A DNA stretch of 63,960 nt, the filler included, from Octopus bimaculoides (taxonomy: Eukaryota), in the NCBI RefSeq assembly GCF_001194135.2. It is 7 parts of 6 records of this genome, joined end to end, with 100 filler letters (N's around TTAATTAATTAA, not from the genome) between each part and the next. Parts side by side here need not be neighbours in the genome. Positions count along the whole stretch, not along the records: positions 1 to 6,700 come from NC_068982.1; positions 6,801 to 25,674 come from NC_068989.1; 5 more parts are not named here. One strand, 5' to 3'. Below the pieces are notes generated by a model. That model saw only the letters and a list, made by a program, of their open reading frames with translations, had not been told where the DNA came from and made no database searches. The position numbers were made by a program, and so were the translations under genes. Shown here piece after piece: positions 1 to 13,677 of the stretch (positions are counted from its first letter, which is position 1; every line of letters begins with the position of its first letter).

Positions 1-1
1 T

Positions 2-160
2 GACATCCCGCACCATTTCCGCTCTACCGGTCACTCTTTGCAACACCTGTCTGTGTTCGGATTGTCCTTTGCGCAAGGGCCATCCGGACTCCCGTTTGCG
101 CCGTGAACAGGGATTAATCTGCTCTTCGCTCCTTTGCCCCACATGGGCTCAACTCTCTTC
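2..160 (+). mobile_element. Penelope-like element remnant, C-terminal end of GIY-YIG endonuclease (frameshifted)
   Basis: Across two frameshifts reads HHFRSTGHSLQHLSVFGL / GHPDSRLRREQGLI / ALRSFAPHGLN, matching the PLE endonuclease tail pattern HF..GHS..E..LI..L...P.GLN; followed by a C/T-rich tract. Confidence 0.6.
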
Positions 161-550
161 CCCTCTTCATCTAACCTTCTCTCTTCTCTCTCCCTCCCAC
201 ACTTACTTCTTTCCACCCACCTCTCCTCTCTTGCTCCGACTCCTACTTCTCTTCACTGTGACTCTCCTCTCTTCTCTTCATTACGACCCACCTTCTCCCT
301 TCCACCTCTCCAACCATCGTCACGCCTCCCATGTAACCCCACCCCTACACATTCCAACCCCACCTTCCCTATCCATCCCATTCCACCCCACTCATCCCTT
401 ACACCCACTTCCACATACCCCACCTCTCTCTCNNNNNNNNNNTATATATATATATATATATATTTATATACTTACTTGGAAATGGATGCATGGCATTCGA
501 TCACATAATATAGATAATATATATATGCATTTATACACATATACATTTAT

Positions 551-927
551 ACACACATATGTATATATACATGCATATATGGGCAAAGGACATAAAAAAA
601 CGTGAACAAAATGAGATACAATAACAAAAAAGACAAAAGCATGGAAAACGAACTTTTTTCGAACAGCGAAAGATCAAACACAGAAACGAGACAGGCAACA
701 TAAAGAACATTCCCTTCATCAACTGTCCCTTGTTTTATCTACTCCGGGGGATAACTGATGAAGGGAATGTTCTTTATGTTGCCTGTCTCGTTTCTCTATT
801 TGTTTCTTTCGATGTTCAAAAAAAAGTTCGTTTTCCATGCTTTTGTTTTGTATGTTCTCGTTTCTCATTTTTTCACGTTTTTTTGACGTCCTGTACCCAC
901 ATATGCATGTATATATACATATGTATG
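551..927. repeat. Inverted pair (~180-bp arms, 551-728 and 746-927) of a dispersed repeat
   Basis: agaaacgagacaggcaacataaagaacattcccttcatca in the left arm is the reverse complement of tgatgaagggaatgttctttatgttgcctgtctcgtttct in the right arm; a related single copy lies at ~41660-41955. Confidence 0.85.
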
Positions 928-2146
928 TAGGCATGTACATGTATGTGTGTATATATGCACACACACACAGATATATATATATATATATATATCTATATAT
1001 ATATATATATATATATNNNNNNNNNNNNNNNNNNNNNNNNNNNNNNNNNNNNNNNNNNNNNNNNNNNNNNNNNNNNNNNNNNNNNNNNNNNNNNNNNNNN
1101 NNNNNNNNNNNNNNNNNNNNNNNNNNNNNNNNNNNNNNNNNNNNNNNNNNNNNNNNNNNNNNNNNNNNNNNNNNNNNNNNNNNNNNNNNNNNNNNNNNNN
1201 NNNNNNNNNNNNNNNNNNNNNNNNNNNNNNNNNNNNNNNNNNNNNNNNNNNNNNNNNNNNNNNNNNNNNNNNNNNNNNNNNNNNNNNNNNNNNNNNNNNN
1301 NNNNNNNNNNNNNNNNNNNNNNNNNNNNNNNNNNNNNNNNNNNNNNNNNNNNNNNNNNNNNNNNNNNNNNNNNNNNNNNNNNNNNNNNNNNNNNNNNNNN
1401 NNNNNNNNNNNNNNNNNNNNNNNNNNNNNNNNNNNNNNNNNNNNNNNNNNNNNNNNNNNNNNNNNNNNNNNNNNNNNNNNNNNNNNNNNNNNNNNNNNNN
1501 NNNNNNNNNNNNNNNNNNNNNNNNNNNNNNNNNNNNNNNNNNNNNNNNNNNNNNNNNNNNNNNNNNNNNNNNNNNNNNNNNNNNNNNNNNNNNNNNNNNN
1601 NNNNNNNNNNNNNNNNNNNNNNNNNNNNNNNNNNNNNNNNNNNNNNNNNNNNNNNNNNNNNNNNNNNNNNNNNNNNNNNNNNNNNNNNNNNNNNNNNNNN
1701 NNNNNNNNNNNNNNNNNNNNNNNNNNNNNNNNNNNNNNNNNNNNNNNNNNNNNNNNNNNNNNNNNNNNNNNNNNNNNNNNNNTCCCCCACATTCCCACAC
1801 CATCACACCACACCACACCGCACACCACTACACCACCATACCACACAACACCACGTCACATTACATCACACCACCACGCACACATTAGCACTGACCATTT
1901 CCCTGCCTCACATCCACACACCAACGCATACACACACGCACACATCAAGGTCACGAGCCCTCTTCCACACGCACATAAATGCACGCTTATGCACACGCAC
2001 GCGCACCTTCGTTTTGGGATCACCACTACTTTCTTATCTCCCCTTCTTCCTAGCTCTCTTGTGTGACTTCTCTGTCCGGTATTCGCCATGATTGATCGCT
2101 AGCCACTACGCATTCTTTATTTTCTCTCCTTGTTTCTTTCTGTATT

Positions 2147-2184
2147 TCTTTCTGTGGAAGAGCGTAGGCTCGAAACAATAAAGA
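2147..2184 (+). ncRNA. Degenerate hammerhead-like motif (probable PLE pLTR remnant)
   Basis: tcttt-CTGTGGA-a-GAGC(gtag)GCTC-GAAA-caat-aaaga: stems I and II pair, but the core (CUGUGGA) and cleavage triplet are mutated. Confidence 0.35.
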
Positions 2185-4584
2185 CATTTTCACTTCCCGA
2201 GCGTTAAACTAATACATGTTTTTGTTGTCTACACCACCTGTCTTCGTCTTTTGTTCGTTTTTTGTGAATTCTCCCTATATATATACATACTTGGGTGCAG
2301 ACATACATACTTACATACATACAAACATGCATATTTACGTATGCACAAATAAACAAACATACACACATACATATATACATACATTCATTCATACATACAT
2401 ACATACATACATACATACATACATACATGCGTACATACATAGATACCTACACACTTGAATACGTACATACACACACATACACATATGTATGTATTCACAA
2501 ACATACAGAGAAAGAGAGACAGAAAGAGGGAATGAAAAAGATGTGCATAAATATTCATATATCAATACACACGCATATATATACATATAGAGATGCATAT
2601 AATGTATACGTATCCCTGTTTCTCTCCTCCCCCCCTCTCTCTCTCTCTCTCNNNNNNNNNNNNNNNNNNNNNNNNNNNNNNNNNNNNNNNNNNNNNNNNN
2701 NNNNNNNNNNNNNNNNNNNNNNNNNNNNNNNNNNNNNNNNNNNNNNNNNNNNNNNNNNNNNNNNNNNNNNNNNNNNNNNNNNNNNNNNNNNNNNNNNNNN
2801 NNNNNNNNNNNNNNNNNNNNNNNNNNNNNNNNNNNNNNNNNNNNNNNNNNNNNNNNNNNNNNNNNNNNNNNNNNNNNNNNNNNNNNNNNNNNNNNNNNNN
2901 NNNNNNNNNNNNNNNNNNNNNNNNNNNNNNNNNNNNNNNNNNNNNNNNNNNNNNNNNNNNNNNNNNNNNNNNNNNNNNNNNNNNNNNNNNNNNNNNNNNN
3001 NNNNNNNNNNNNNNNNNNNNNNNNNNNNNNNNNNNNNNNNNNNNNNNNNNNNNNNNNNNNNNNNNNNNNNNNNNNNNNNNNNNNNNNNNNNNNNNNNNNN
3101 NNNNNNNNNNNNNNNNNNNNNNNNNNNNNNNNNNNNNNNNNNNNNNNNNNNNNNNNNNNNNNNNNNNNNNNNNNNNNNNNNNNNNNNNNNNNNNNNNNNN
3201 NNNNNNNNNNNNNNNNNNNNNNNNNNNNNNNNNNNNNNNNNNNNNNNNNNNNNNNNNNNNNNNNNNNNNNNNNNNNNNNNNNNNNNNNNNNNNNNNNNNN
3301 NNNNNNNNNNNNNNNNNNNNNNNNNNNNNNNNNNNNNNNNNNNNNNNNNNNNNNNNNNNNNNNNNNNNNNNNNNNNNNNNNNNNNNNNNNNNNNNNNNNN
3401 NNNNNNNNNNNNNNNNNNNNNAGTAATATATATATATATATATATACATATATACGCATGCATTCGGTCATACCTGGGCACAGAAGCGCTTACAAATTGG
3501 TGTTTGCGATTTCGTCCATATTTTTCACAACTGAAGACGTATTTTCCTACTGTACTCTGGTATTCTCGACCCAGTAAACTTCCCTTCACATAGTGATAAC
3601 TCTGATTCCAGTTATTATGAAACTATTGTGTTAAGCACATGATCTTATCTCGAAAATAATTTCGAGAAATTATCAGGGATCTACTTTTTTGTTTAAATAC
3701 CTTTACTAGGGTTGTATGACATCGTCTCAATATCTTTCTTGATTTGGGAACCCATCTTCTGGTGGAGTGGCTAGATTTCTTACCTTTGGCACATCTTGTG
3801 CAATTTAAATCTGGTGGAGCCCATTCTTCTCCAAGTCTGAAGACAGTTGATCCTTCCTGAGAGATCAGACAGAATTTGAAAGAAAGAAATCAAGAAAGAT
3901 AGAAAGGAATAATCTGTACTATATTATGGGATAATTACTTGATCAACTTGGAAAGAATGAAAAGTAGAATTGACTTCGGTGGGATTTGAATTCAGGCCAC
4001 AAAACGTGTCTCCGACGCAGAAACTACTGTTTCAATTCATCACTGCCAGTGGATCTGTGATGGTGTTGAATAGGTCCCTCAGATAAGTCCCTCAGATCCT
4101 GACCTATGTCGTGTCTTGTGCATCTTAAATCTGATGGAGCCCATTTCTCTCCAAGTCTGAAGGGCACATTCAAGGATATAATTCTAGATACGCAGACATA
4201 AGTTGGTCAAAGCTGGAATACTTTTCATCATAAGGCTGTCTGCTTCATCAGGAATTAAACAGCAACTTTGCAAAGTATATGACTTCTGGTAACTATAAAC
4301 TTCACTTTTCTGTTACTTATTCTATGTTACTTATGCTAAACAGGCTTTGATTTCACGTACTACTGATATATAAAATATATCGACGGTTCGTTTGATAAAA
4401 ACGGTACATAAAGCAAAACCAACTTTATGTTACTTAAGTTTTGTTGACATAAGGCAAGATATTTTGCTTAAGTTGTAAGTAAGTTTCAAGCTGTGATGAA
4501 AACGTCGAACAAAACTATTTGCAAACACAGTTAGTGTTAGTCATCTTCCCTTAATTGATCTTTACAAAACAATAACTGGCCAAT

Positions 4585-4849
4585 TTAAGAGGTAAGACCA
4601 GTAACTATGACATATGTTGGGCCTCTGAGACTGGGGGATTGAAGACAGAAAAACCTCGGCTCATTCGACAATGCTTTGATCATTCCAAAGTCGTAATAGA
4701 AGAAAGATGCCCAAAATATCGAACAGAAGGGACGAATCCACAACCATGGAGTTACAAAGCGTCTTTTCTTTAACTCAGTCACTCCTGCGACCATCAGCAA
4801 GAGAAATAAGATATAGCTTGTTGTATATGCCAGCATTATCACCCACGCA
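4585..4849 (-). CDS. Candidate coding exon of an uncharacterised membrane protein (tetraspan/LAPTM-like pattern)
   Basis: ctaat...tacag acceptor at 4851/4850; open frame AWVIMLAYTTSYILFLLLMVAGVTELKKRRFVTPWLWIRPFCSIFWASFFYY...* with hydrophobic-basic-PW-hydrophobic pattern; phase 2, in frame with the exon at 15999-16076. The 3' boundary (stop versus internal donor) is uncertain. Confidence 0.5.
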
Positions 4850-5898
4850 CTGTATTTGAATAATTAGATGGATCTATTAATTTGAATATCTTCGTAATTT
4901 CTCATGATTGCTGTGTAGTTATTCAGTAGAGTAATTAGATGTAGCAATAATTAACTACGTAATCATAAACATATAATCAATGTACAAATGCAGTTCTTTC
5001 TAAATCAGCTGACTATCTTCTCACGAACTAGTGTTATATACAAGATTCATGTTATCTTCCATTGTTGTTATTGACAGTAAAGTTCAACGAACGATAATTT
5101 GTTTACTCTATCGCTGGTTGCAGCCACTGAAGTGTAGCAACAGTAGGCCATCGCCATAAAGTAATTTAAATGTAAATTCGTTATGAGAAGTGAAATATGA
5201 ATAGGCGTCAGAAGAAAAAAAATGACCACGATCTTGTGTAGTACCTTAGATTGTTCATCTATCCTGACTAATTACAACTGAACTCTTTCTGCTATGTTTG
5301 TAATTTACAGTAATCTTCCCATAATAGGAATAGCCGAGGAAATGCTGCAGTACTGTGAGCCATTTTATGCCAATTACTTAGTGCTTTAAATCCCATACAT
5401 ACCCTCTTTACCTCTCATCTTTAAGGGTTTAATGGAAGAAATATTGATAAAAATTAGTAAACTTGTATCGAAGTCAGAAATTCTCATTTTGAACTTTAAA
5501 TCGCTGAATTGTTAGCCTAGAAATATTACAATGTTTAGTCCAGTGACTTTACGATCTTAGTTCAAGGCCCACCAGCATCGATAAAATATCAAAAACACTT
5601 TTTTTTTATCTATCTAATACCAATTGCTTGTTGCTTTTGTTACGAAGAGCTAACATTTCGTGGTAATGCTTCGGAATCCTATCATTACTCAATCGCAAAA
5701 CATAGTCACGCTATCCATTTGATCCCTGATCAGAAGAGCTTCAATATTAGGATATTACACTTGGCTCTCGTATTTAATCTTACATATTCACTTCAGTAAC
5801 TTTCTGTGATAACCATTCAGGTGATTTATGTTTCAGATAAGATATCCAAGGCTCTGCCTCGTATAGAGAAAAGCTATTAAAACAGAACAATATCCCGT

Positions 5899-6152
5899 AA
5901 TGCATATGCAGTAGCAGTGCCGATATCCAGTTTTGGGATACTTGACATGTCTGTGGAGGAAACTCATTCCATACACATTAAGACATGCAAGATCCTGACA
6001 TCAGCTGAAAACTTCCGAAGAAAGTGTGATATTAACAGGCTTTACGTAAGAGGAGATGGAGAGGGTAGAGACTTGTGATCAGTGCAAACAGCCTTCGAAT
6101 GCCCTATTGTATCGCTCAGATTGTACTTGTTAAACAACACCAACAAAACATA
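5899..6152 (+). mobile_element. R4/Dong-like non-LTR retrotransposon fragment (post-RT region)
   Basis: Translates NAYAVAVPISSFGILDMSVEE..IKTCKILT..RKCDINRLYVRGDGEGRDL*, matching the clade pattern AVP..Y.GI.DW..KTRK.LT..SD..RLY..R..GGRGL. Confidence 0.8.
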
Positions 6153-6221
6153 AGTGTATAGAGATAGCGCTCAAAAGCGAAGAGATGTTGTGAGTGTGTG
6201 TATGTGTGTATGTGTGTGTGT

Positions 6222-6270
<49 letters not shown>

Positions 6271-6388
6271 AAGTGGGTGATAGCCATACAGATAGATAAA
6301 TATTTATAGAGAGAGAGGTACAGAGAGTGAGCAACTGATTGAGAGAGAGTGAATGAGAGGGAGAGAGAAAGAGAGAGAGAGAGAGAGT

Positions 6389-6419
<31 letters not shown>

Positions 6420-6612
6420 TGAGTGAGAGAGATAGAGAGAGAGAGGGAGAGAGCGGAGCCAAGAATTACTTTCTGATGTCGATATTAGTTTTGAGTAAAA
6501 TTTTTATACAGTTGCAATAGTTCATATTAAGGAACCACGCACACATGCACATATGCACTCATATACACACATCCATACATACATGCATACATACATACAT
6601 ACATACATACAA

Positions 6613-6653
<41 letters not shown>

Positions 6654-6700
6654 TATATATACATATACATAAATATATACTTATATATATATATATATAT

Positions 6701-6800
6701 NNNNNNNNNNNNNNNNNNNNNNNNNNNNNNNNNNNNNNNNNNNNTTAATTAATTAANNNNNNNNNNNNNNNNNNNNNNNNNNNNNNNNNNNNNNNNNNNN
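6701..6800. other. Artificial 100-bp scaffold-join spacer (N44-TTAATTAATTAA-N44)
   Basis: Identical structure at six places; the 12-mer has stop codons in all six frames. Confidence 0.95.
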
Positions 6801-8318
6801 CCACCACCACCACCACCATCATCAACATTTCGTTATTGCTATTATTATCGGTGTATAGAACGCAATAATCACACTGATCAACATAATTAAAAACTAAAAT
6901 ATGAATAAAGAAAGAAAAACAAGAAGCACAACAAAAAGAAAAAAATCTCCCAAAAACAAAGTAGGTAAAAATCTCTCATCAATTGGTTGCTTTCTTTATG
7001 ATCAACAGGGAACCATAATATCGATTGGTTGATTGGAATTCTGTCCATGACCCAAATGTCTGATGAACTTATTGTTCAAACACACACACACACGCACACA
7101 CACACACGCACACACACACACGCACACACNNNNNNNNNNNNNNNNNNNNNNNNNNNNNNNNNNNNNNNNNNNNNNNNNNNNNNNNNNNNNNNNNNNNNNN
7201 NNNNNNNNNNNNNNNNNNNNNNNNNNNNNTATATACATGTGTATGTACGCATATATATATGTATATATGTATCTGTGTGTGTATATATCAATGTGTGCGC
7301 TTGTATATATGTGTTCACATAATACATATGTATATACACACGGGCACACGCTCACACACACGCACATATATATGTGTCCGTCCGTACACGCGCATACACG
7401 CACATACATATGCATACTCATATATAGTTATAGACAATGGCGCTTTTATAAGTACAACACAATAGTCATGCGAAGTACGTAGGTTCATACCGCCCACGCA
7501 CATTCACACCTTCCATATCGGCAAAAACGTACTTCTCCTACACTAACTTCATTACCTACGTATATATACACACATACATGGACATGCACTAGTACATACA
7601 AACACCCACCCACTTGCGAACGCGTACACAATACCAAATTAGACATAGCGATAAGATAATGCATTTTACCAACTAAGCTTATACACACCGCGGAGAAACA
7701 AAACATTACATGCATATAGAAATAATATATATATACGTAAAAAGTGCACTAACACACGCATTCATATCGACGCTTGCATATATCAATATAAGGACATGCA
7801 TAAATAGATGAGCGCATATACACATATCACACATACACATACACGCACAGATAAACACATACAGACAAACAAACAGACAGACACACACACAAACACACAG
7901 AGAGCATGTAGATTATTAGTACATGCTAGGCGCCATCAAAATTACACCCACGCATACAAACATGTTCAAATGTTCTCACATGCATACATACATACATAAT
8001 GCATAAATATATACGTACATGCATACATAATGTGTACGGTAGTACGTGAACAACCACACACGTAGATGCACACACGGGCACGCGCACGCATAGCCACATA
8101 CGCCTCATAAAAGAAAAATATGGTACACATATGTTGCACATACGTATACTAATCACTCTTAATATACCTGCATCGAAAGTTTCACGTATGGTGAAGCATT
8201 GGAGTGCACGCACCCACACACCCACACATGTGCGTGCGCACATACACTCATGCGTGCACACTCGCATACATACATATACACATACATCTCTCTCTCTCTC
8301 TCTCTCCCTCTCTTTCTA

Positions 8319-8340
8319 TCTATATATATAAAAATGAGAA

Positions 8341-8383
<43 letters not shown>

Positions 8384-8620
8384 GTGAATCCCTAAAACTC
8401 GAGAACTACGCAACCAATTTCATTCAAATTTTACACATGCCTTACTTAGGGTTCCAGTTGTGTTTTAGTCAAAAAAATTTTTTAACTTCTTGCAGAGTTC
8501 GAGCCCACGGCAACATAATATCTCCTCCACTATTTAAGTATTACGTGTCAAAAGTGAAACAAAAACACTCGTCAAATACTTTCACTTTAAAAATGAAACT
8601 ATTCTACTAACTGAAACAAT
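8319..8620 (+). mobile_element. Non-autonomous Helitron-like element, 5' part (3' end in gap)
   Basis: Begins A|TCTATATATATAAAA, then a (GTCT)n tract and gaactacgcaaccaatttcattcaaattttacaca, a layout typical of animal non-autonomous helitron/DINE-like repeats; terminal hairpin not visible. Confidence 0.5.
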
Positions 8621-10856
8621 NNNNNNNNNNNNNNNNNNNNNNNNNNNNNNNNNNNNNNNNNNNNNNNNNNNNNNNNNNNNNNNNNNNNNNNNNNNNNNNN
8701 NNNNNNNNNNNNNNNNNNNNNNNNNNNNNNNNNNNNNNNNNNNNNNNNNNNNNNNNNNNNNNNNNNNNNNNNNNNNNNNNNNNNNNNNNNNNNNNNNNNN
8801 NNNNNNNNNNNNNNNNNNNNNNNNNNNNNNNNNNNNNNNNNNNNNNNNNNNNNNNNNNNNNNNNNNNNNNNNNNNNNNNNNNNNNNNNNNNNNNNNNNNN
8901 NNNNNNNNNNNNNNNNNNNNNNNNNNNNNNNNNNNNNNNNNNNNNNNNNNNNNNNNNNNNNNNNNNNNNNNNNNNNNNNNNNNNNNNNNNNNNNNNNNNN
9001 NNNNNNNNNNNNNNNNNNNNNNNNNNNNNNNNNNNNNNNNNNNNNNNNNNNNNNNNNNNNNNNNNNNNNNNNNNNNNNNNNNNNNNNNNNNNNNNNNNNN
9101 NNNNNNNNNNNNNNNNNNNNNNNNNNNNNNNNNNNNNNNNNNNNNNNNNNNNNNNNNNNNNNNNNNNNNNNNNNNNNNNNNNNNNNNNNNNNNNNNNNNN
9201 NNNNNNNNNNNNNNNNNNNNNNNNNNNNNNNNNNNNNNNNNNNNNNNNNNNNNNNNNNNNNNNNNNNNNNNNNNNNNNNNNNNNNNNNNNNNNNNNNNNN
9301 NNNNNNNNNNNNNNNNNNNNNNNNNNNNNNNNNNNNNNNNNNNNNTATATATATATATATATATATATTCATACATACGCATGTGAGTGTGTTTGTACAT
9401 ATATATGTATATATGAATGTATGTATGCATGTACGTACTTATGTATGCTTGTATGTATGTATGTTCGTATGTATGCATGTCTGTACCTATAGCTACTCAA
9501 CGTTGATGTTTGTATGTCTGTATGGTTTGCGTGTTGATTTGGGCATTACATTGCAATATGTGTATGCCTTCCATAATGAATCTATTTTTTTATGAGGAAT
9601 TTTATAAAGTATGTTAGTAGTATTCTCCTGTAGTATTTTCCATCTAATTTTGTTTTGTGGTCTATCATAAATTGTTTTTCAGTAGACACCACCACCACCG
9701 CCACCACTACAAGAAGCAGCAACAGTAGGAACAACAGCAGCAGCAACAACAAAGACAGCAACATGTCGCTGCTCCAGCTGTTGTCCCCTGTCGATTTTTT
9801 TCGTTGCCGTCGTTGTCATTACCATCTTCGTCGTCGTCCTTCTCATCCTCTTAAACATCCTCATTCTCCTCCTCCACCTCCTCTCCTCCTCCTCCACCTC
9901 CTCTCCTCCNNNNNNNNNNNNNNNNNNNNNNNNNNNNNNNNNNNNNNNNNNNNNNNNNNNNNNNNNNNNNNNNNNNNNNNNNNNNNNNNNNNNNNNNNNN
10001 NNNNNNNNNNNNNNNNNNNNNNNNNNNNNNNNNNNNNNNNNNNNNNNNNNNNNNNNNNNNNNNNNNNNNNNNNNNNNNNNNNNNNNNNNNNNNNNNNNNN
10101 NNNNNNNNNNNNNNNNNNNNNNNNNNNNNNNNNNNNNNNNNNNNNNNNNNNNNNNNNNNNNNNNNNNNNNNNNNNNNNNNNNNNNNNNNNNNNNNNNNNN
10201 NNNNNNNNNNNNNNNNNNNNNNNNNNNNNNNNNNNNNNNNNNNNNNNNNNNNNNNNNNNNNNNNNNNNNNNNNNNNNNNNNNNNNNNNNNNNNNNNNNNN
10301 NNNNNNNNNNNNNNNNNNNNNNNNNNNNNNNNNNNNNNNNNNNNNNNNNNNNNNNNNNNNNNNNNNNNNNNNNNNNNNNNNNNNNNNNNNNNNNNNNNNN
10401 NNNNNNNNNNNNNNNNNNNNNNNNNNNNNNNNNNNNNNNNNNNNNNNNNNNNNNNNNNNNNNNNNNNNNNNNNNNNNNNNNNNNNNNNNNNNNNNNNNNN
10501 NNNNNNNNNNNNNNNNNNNNNNNNNNNNNNNNNNNNNNNNNNNNNNNNNNNNNNNNNNNNNNNNNNNNNNNNNNNNNNNNNNNNNNNNNNNNNNNNNNNN
10601 NNNNNNNNNNNNNNNNNNNNNNNNNNNNNNNNNNNNNNNNNNNNNNNNNNNNNNNNNNNNNNNNNNNNNNNNNNNNNNNNNNNNNNNNNNNNNNNNNNNN
10701 NNNNNNNNNNNNNNNNNNNNNNNNNNNNNNNNNNNNNNNNNNNNNNNNNNNNNNNNNNNNNNNNNNNNNNNNNNNNNNNNNNNNNNNNNNNNNNNNNNNN
10801 NNNNNNNNNNNNNNNNNNNNNNNNNNNNNNNNNNNNNNNNNNNNNNNNNNNNNNNN

Positions 10857-10910
<54 letters not shown>
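10857..10910. repeat. (GAC)n microsatellite
   Basis: About 18 perfect units adjacent to a gap. Confidence 0.95.
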
Positions 10911-10912
<2 letters not shown>

Positions 10913-11330
10913 AATGGAGCTTTTGTTAAGCATATATCCTGCCCCGATTGTCAAGCTTTCACATTATAAATCATTTTACACTATTATAGTTTGTCTAATG
11001 TTTGCAGGAGATCTATTTCTTTTTGTTTTCACTTGCTGGTAGCTGATTTAAGCGATCCCGATGAGCCTTCAGTACATGAAACTCTGCCGGACGAAGCTAC
11101 CTTAATCTTTAGTCAGCAAAGAATCTGTGATTTGTTCACAAAGAGAATAAATATGTGCATATTACAGGAAAAGTTTATCATTTCATATACGTATCAATTC
11201 AAAGCAACATCGTGTTGGTTCTTTTTGCATATACATTCATACACAACTACATACAAACATGTATGTATACCTACCTACCTACCTACCTACCTACCTACCT
11301 ACCTACCTACCTACCTACCTACACAATACA

Positions 11331-11399
<69 letters not shown>

Positions 11400-12284
11400 N
11401 NNNNNNNNNNNNNNNNNNNNNNNNNNNNNNNNNNNNNNNNNNNNNNNNNNNNNNNNNNNNNNNNNNNNNNNNNNNNNNNNNNNNNNNNNNNNNNNNNNNN
11501 NNNNNNNNNNNNNNNNNNNNNNNNNNNNNNNNNNNNNNNNNNNNNNNNNNNNNNNNNNNNNNNNNNNNNNNNNNNNNNNNNNNNNNNNNNNNNNNNNNNN
11601 NNNNNNNNNNNNNNNNNNNNNNNNNNNNNNNNNNNNNNNNNNNNNNNNNNNNNNNNNNNNNNNNNNNNNNNNNNNNNNNNNNNNNNNNNNNNNNNNNNNN
11701 NNNNNNNNNNNNNNNNNNNNNNNNNNNNNNNNNNNNNNNNNNNNNNNNNNNNNNNNNNNNNNNNNNNNNNNNNNNNNNNNNNNNNNNNNNNNNNNNNNNN
11801 NNNNNNNNNNNNNNNNNNNNNNNNNNNNNNNNNNNNNNNNNNNNNNNNNNNNNNNNNNNNNNNNNNNNNNNNNNNNNNNNNNNNNNNNNNNNNNNNNNNN
11901 NNNNNNNNNNNNNNNNNNNNNNNNNNNNNNNNNNNNNNNNNNNNNNNNNNNNNNNNNNNNNNNNNNNNNNNNNNNNNNNNNNNNNNNNNNNNNNNNNNNN
12001 NNNNNNNNNNNNNNNNNNNNNNNNNNNNNNNNNNNNNNNNNNNNNNNNNNNNNNNNNNNNNNNNNNNNNNNNNNNNNNNNNNNNNNNNTTTTTTTTTTTT
12101 TTTTCTTCCCGCGATCCCTTTTGATCCAAATTATCCCCCCCCCCAAAGCTCTACTTTGTAATTTGTCCATTTTCTGTATTTAGCCCTGTGTGGCTATAAT
12201 AAAAAGATATCTATCTATATAGGTGGATTGTATCTTTGATTCAAAAACTACACCCTTATTACATATTGTGTCTTGCTGATTCTA

Positions 12285-12412
12285 TCTGAGACTTACGTTA
12301 ACGTACGGATGTCTGTGGGATACTCAGCCACGTATACGTTAATTCAGGAGCAGGTAGTTTAGTTGATATCAAACTACTGAATTCTCATTGTCGAATGACG
12401 GAGATCCACCAT
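12285..12412 (+). mobile_element. SINE-C 3' fragment (degenerate)
   Basis: Aligns by eye to the gagaactacgttaagggcacacatgtctgtggag...cagccac...gttaat segment of the copy at 58665-58975. Confidence 0.6.
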
Positions 12413-12415
12413 CAA

Positions 12416-12416
<1 letters not shown>

Positions 12417-12483
<67 letters not shown>

Positions 12484-13675
12484 GTCTGTCTGTCTGTCTG
12501 TCTTTCTGTCTGTCAGTCAGTCTGTCTTTCTGTCTGTCTGTCTTTCTGTCTGTCTGTTGGTCCATCCATCCATCCATCCATCTATCCATCCATCCATCAA
12601 TCCATCCATCCATCCATCCATCCATCCATCCATCCACCCATCCATCCATCCATCCATCCATCCATCCATCCATCCATCCATCCANNNNNNNNNNNNNNNN
12701 NNNNNNNNNNNNNNNNNNNNNNNNNNNNNNNNNNNNNNNNNNNNNNNNNNNNNNNNNNNNNNNNNNNNNNNNNNNNNNNNNNNNNNNNNNNNNNNNNNNN
12801 NNNNNNNNNNNNNNNNNNNNNNNNNNNNNNNNNNNNNNNNNNNNNNNNNNNNNNNNNNNNNNNNNNNNNNNNNNNNNNNNNNNNNNNNNNNNNNNNNNNN
12901 NNNNNNNNNNNNNNNNNNNNNNNNNNNNNNNNNNNNNNNNNNNNNNNNNNNNNNNNNNNNNNNNNNNNNNNNNNNNNNNNNNNNNNNNNNNNNNNNNNNN
13001 NNNNNNNNNNNNNNNNNNNNNNNNNNNNNNNNNNNNNNNNNNNNNNNNNNNNNNNNNNNNNNNNNNNNNNNNNNNNNNNNNNNNNNNNNNNNNNNNNNNN
13101 NNNNNNNNNNNNNNNNNNNNNNNNNNNNNNNNNNNNNNNNNNNNNNNNNNNNNNNNNNNNNNNNNNNNNNNNNNNNNNNNNNNNNNNNNNNNNNNNNNNN
13201 NNNNNNNNNNNNNNNNNNNNNNNNNNNNNNNNNNNNNNNNNNNNNNNNNNNNNNNNNNNNNNNNNNNNNNNNNNNNNNNNNNNNNNNNNNNNNNNNNNNN
13301 NNNNNNNNNNNNNNNNNNNNNNNNNNNNNNNNNNNNNNNNNNNNNNNNNNNNNNNNNNNNNNNNNNNNNNNNNNNNNNNNNNNNNNNNNNNNNNNNNNNN
13401 NNNNNNNNNNNNNNNNNNNNNNNNNNNNNNNNNNNNNNNNNNNNNNNNNNNNNNNNNNNNNNNNNNNNNNNNNNNNNNNNNNNNNNNNNNNNNNNNNNNN
13501 NNNNNNNNNNNNNNNNNNNNNNNNNNNNNNNNNNNNNNNNNNNNNNNNNNNNNNNNNNNNNNNNNNNNNNNNNNNNNNNNNNNNNNNNNNNNNNNNNNNN
13601 NNNNNNNNNNNNNNNNNNNNNNCCATCCATCCATCCATCCATCCATCCATCCATCCATCCAGCCATCCATCCATC
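12417..13675. repeat. Compound tetranucleotide array (TATC)n-(TGTC)n-(TCCA)n spanning a gap
   Basis: Direct reading; (TCCA)n on both sides of the N-run 12685-13622. Confidence 0.9.
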
Positions 13676-13677
13676 TA

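Noticed and set aside
3775-4165. ~55-bp direct repeat (cttgtgca..ttaaatctg.tggagcccat..ctccaagtctgaag)
   Set aside because: Short local duplication without TSD, TIR or coding signal.
4592-4772. Plus-strand GTAAGA donor and a ~54-codon antisense frame over the candidate exon
   Set aside because: The minus frame is longer and has an acceptor and a phase-matched partner exon; the plus frame is likely a shadow.
11065-11095. ccgatgagcc...gaaac hammerhead-like string
   Set aside because: Stem II does not pair and there is no NUH or stem I.
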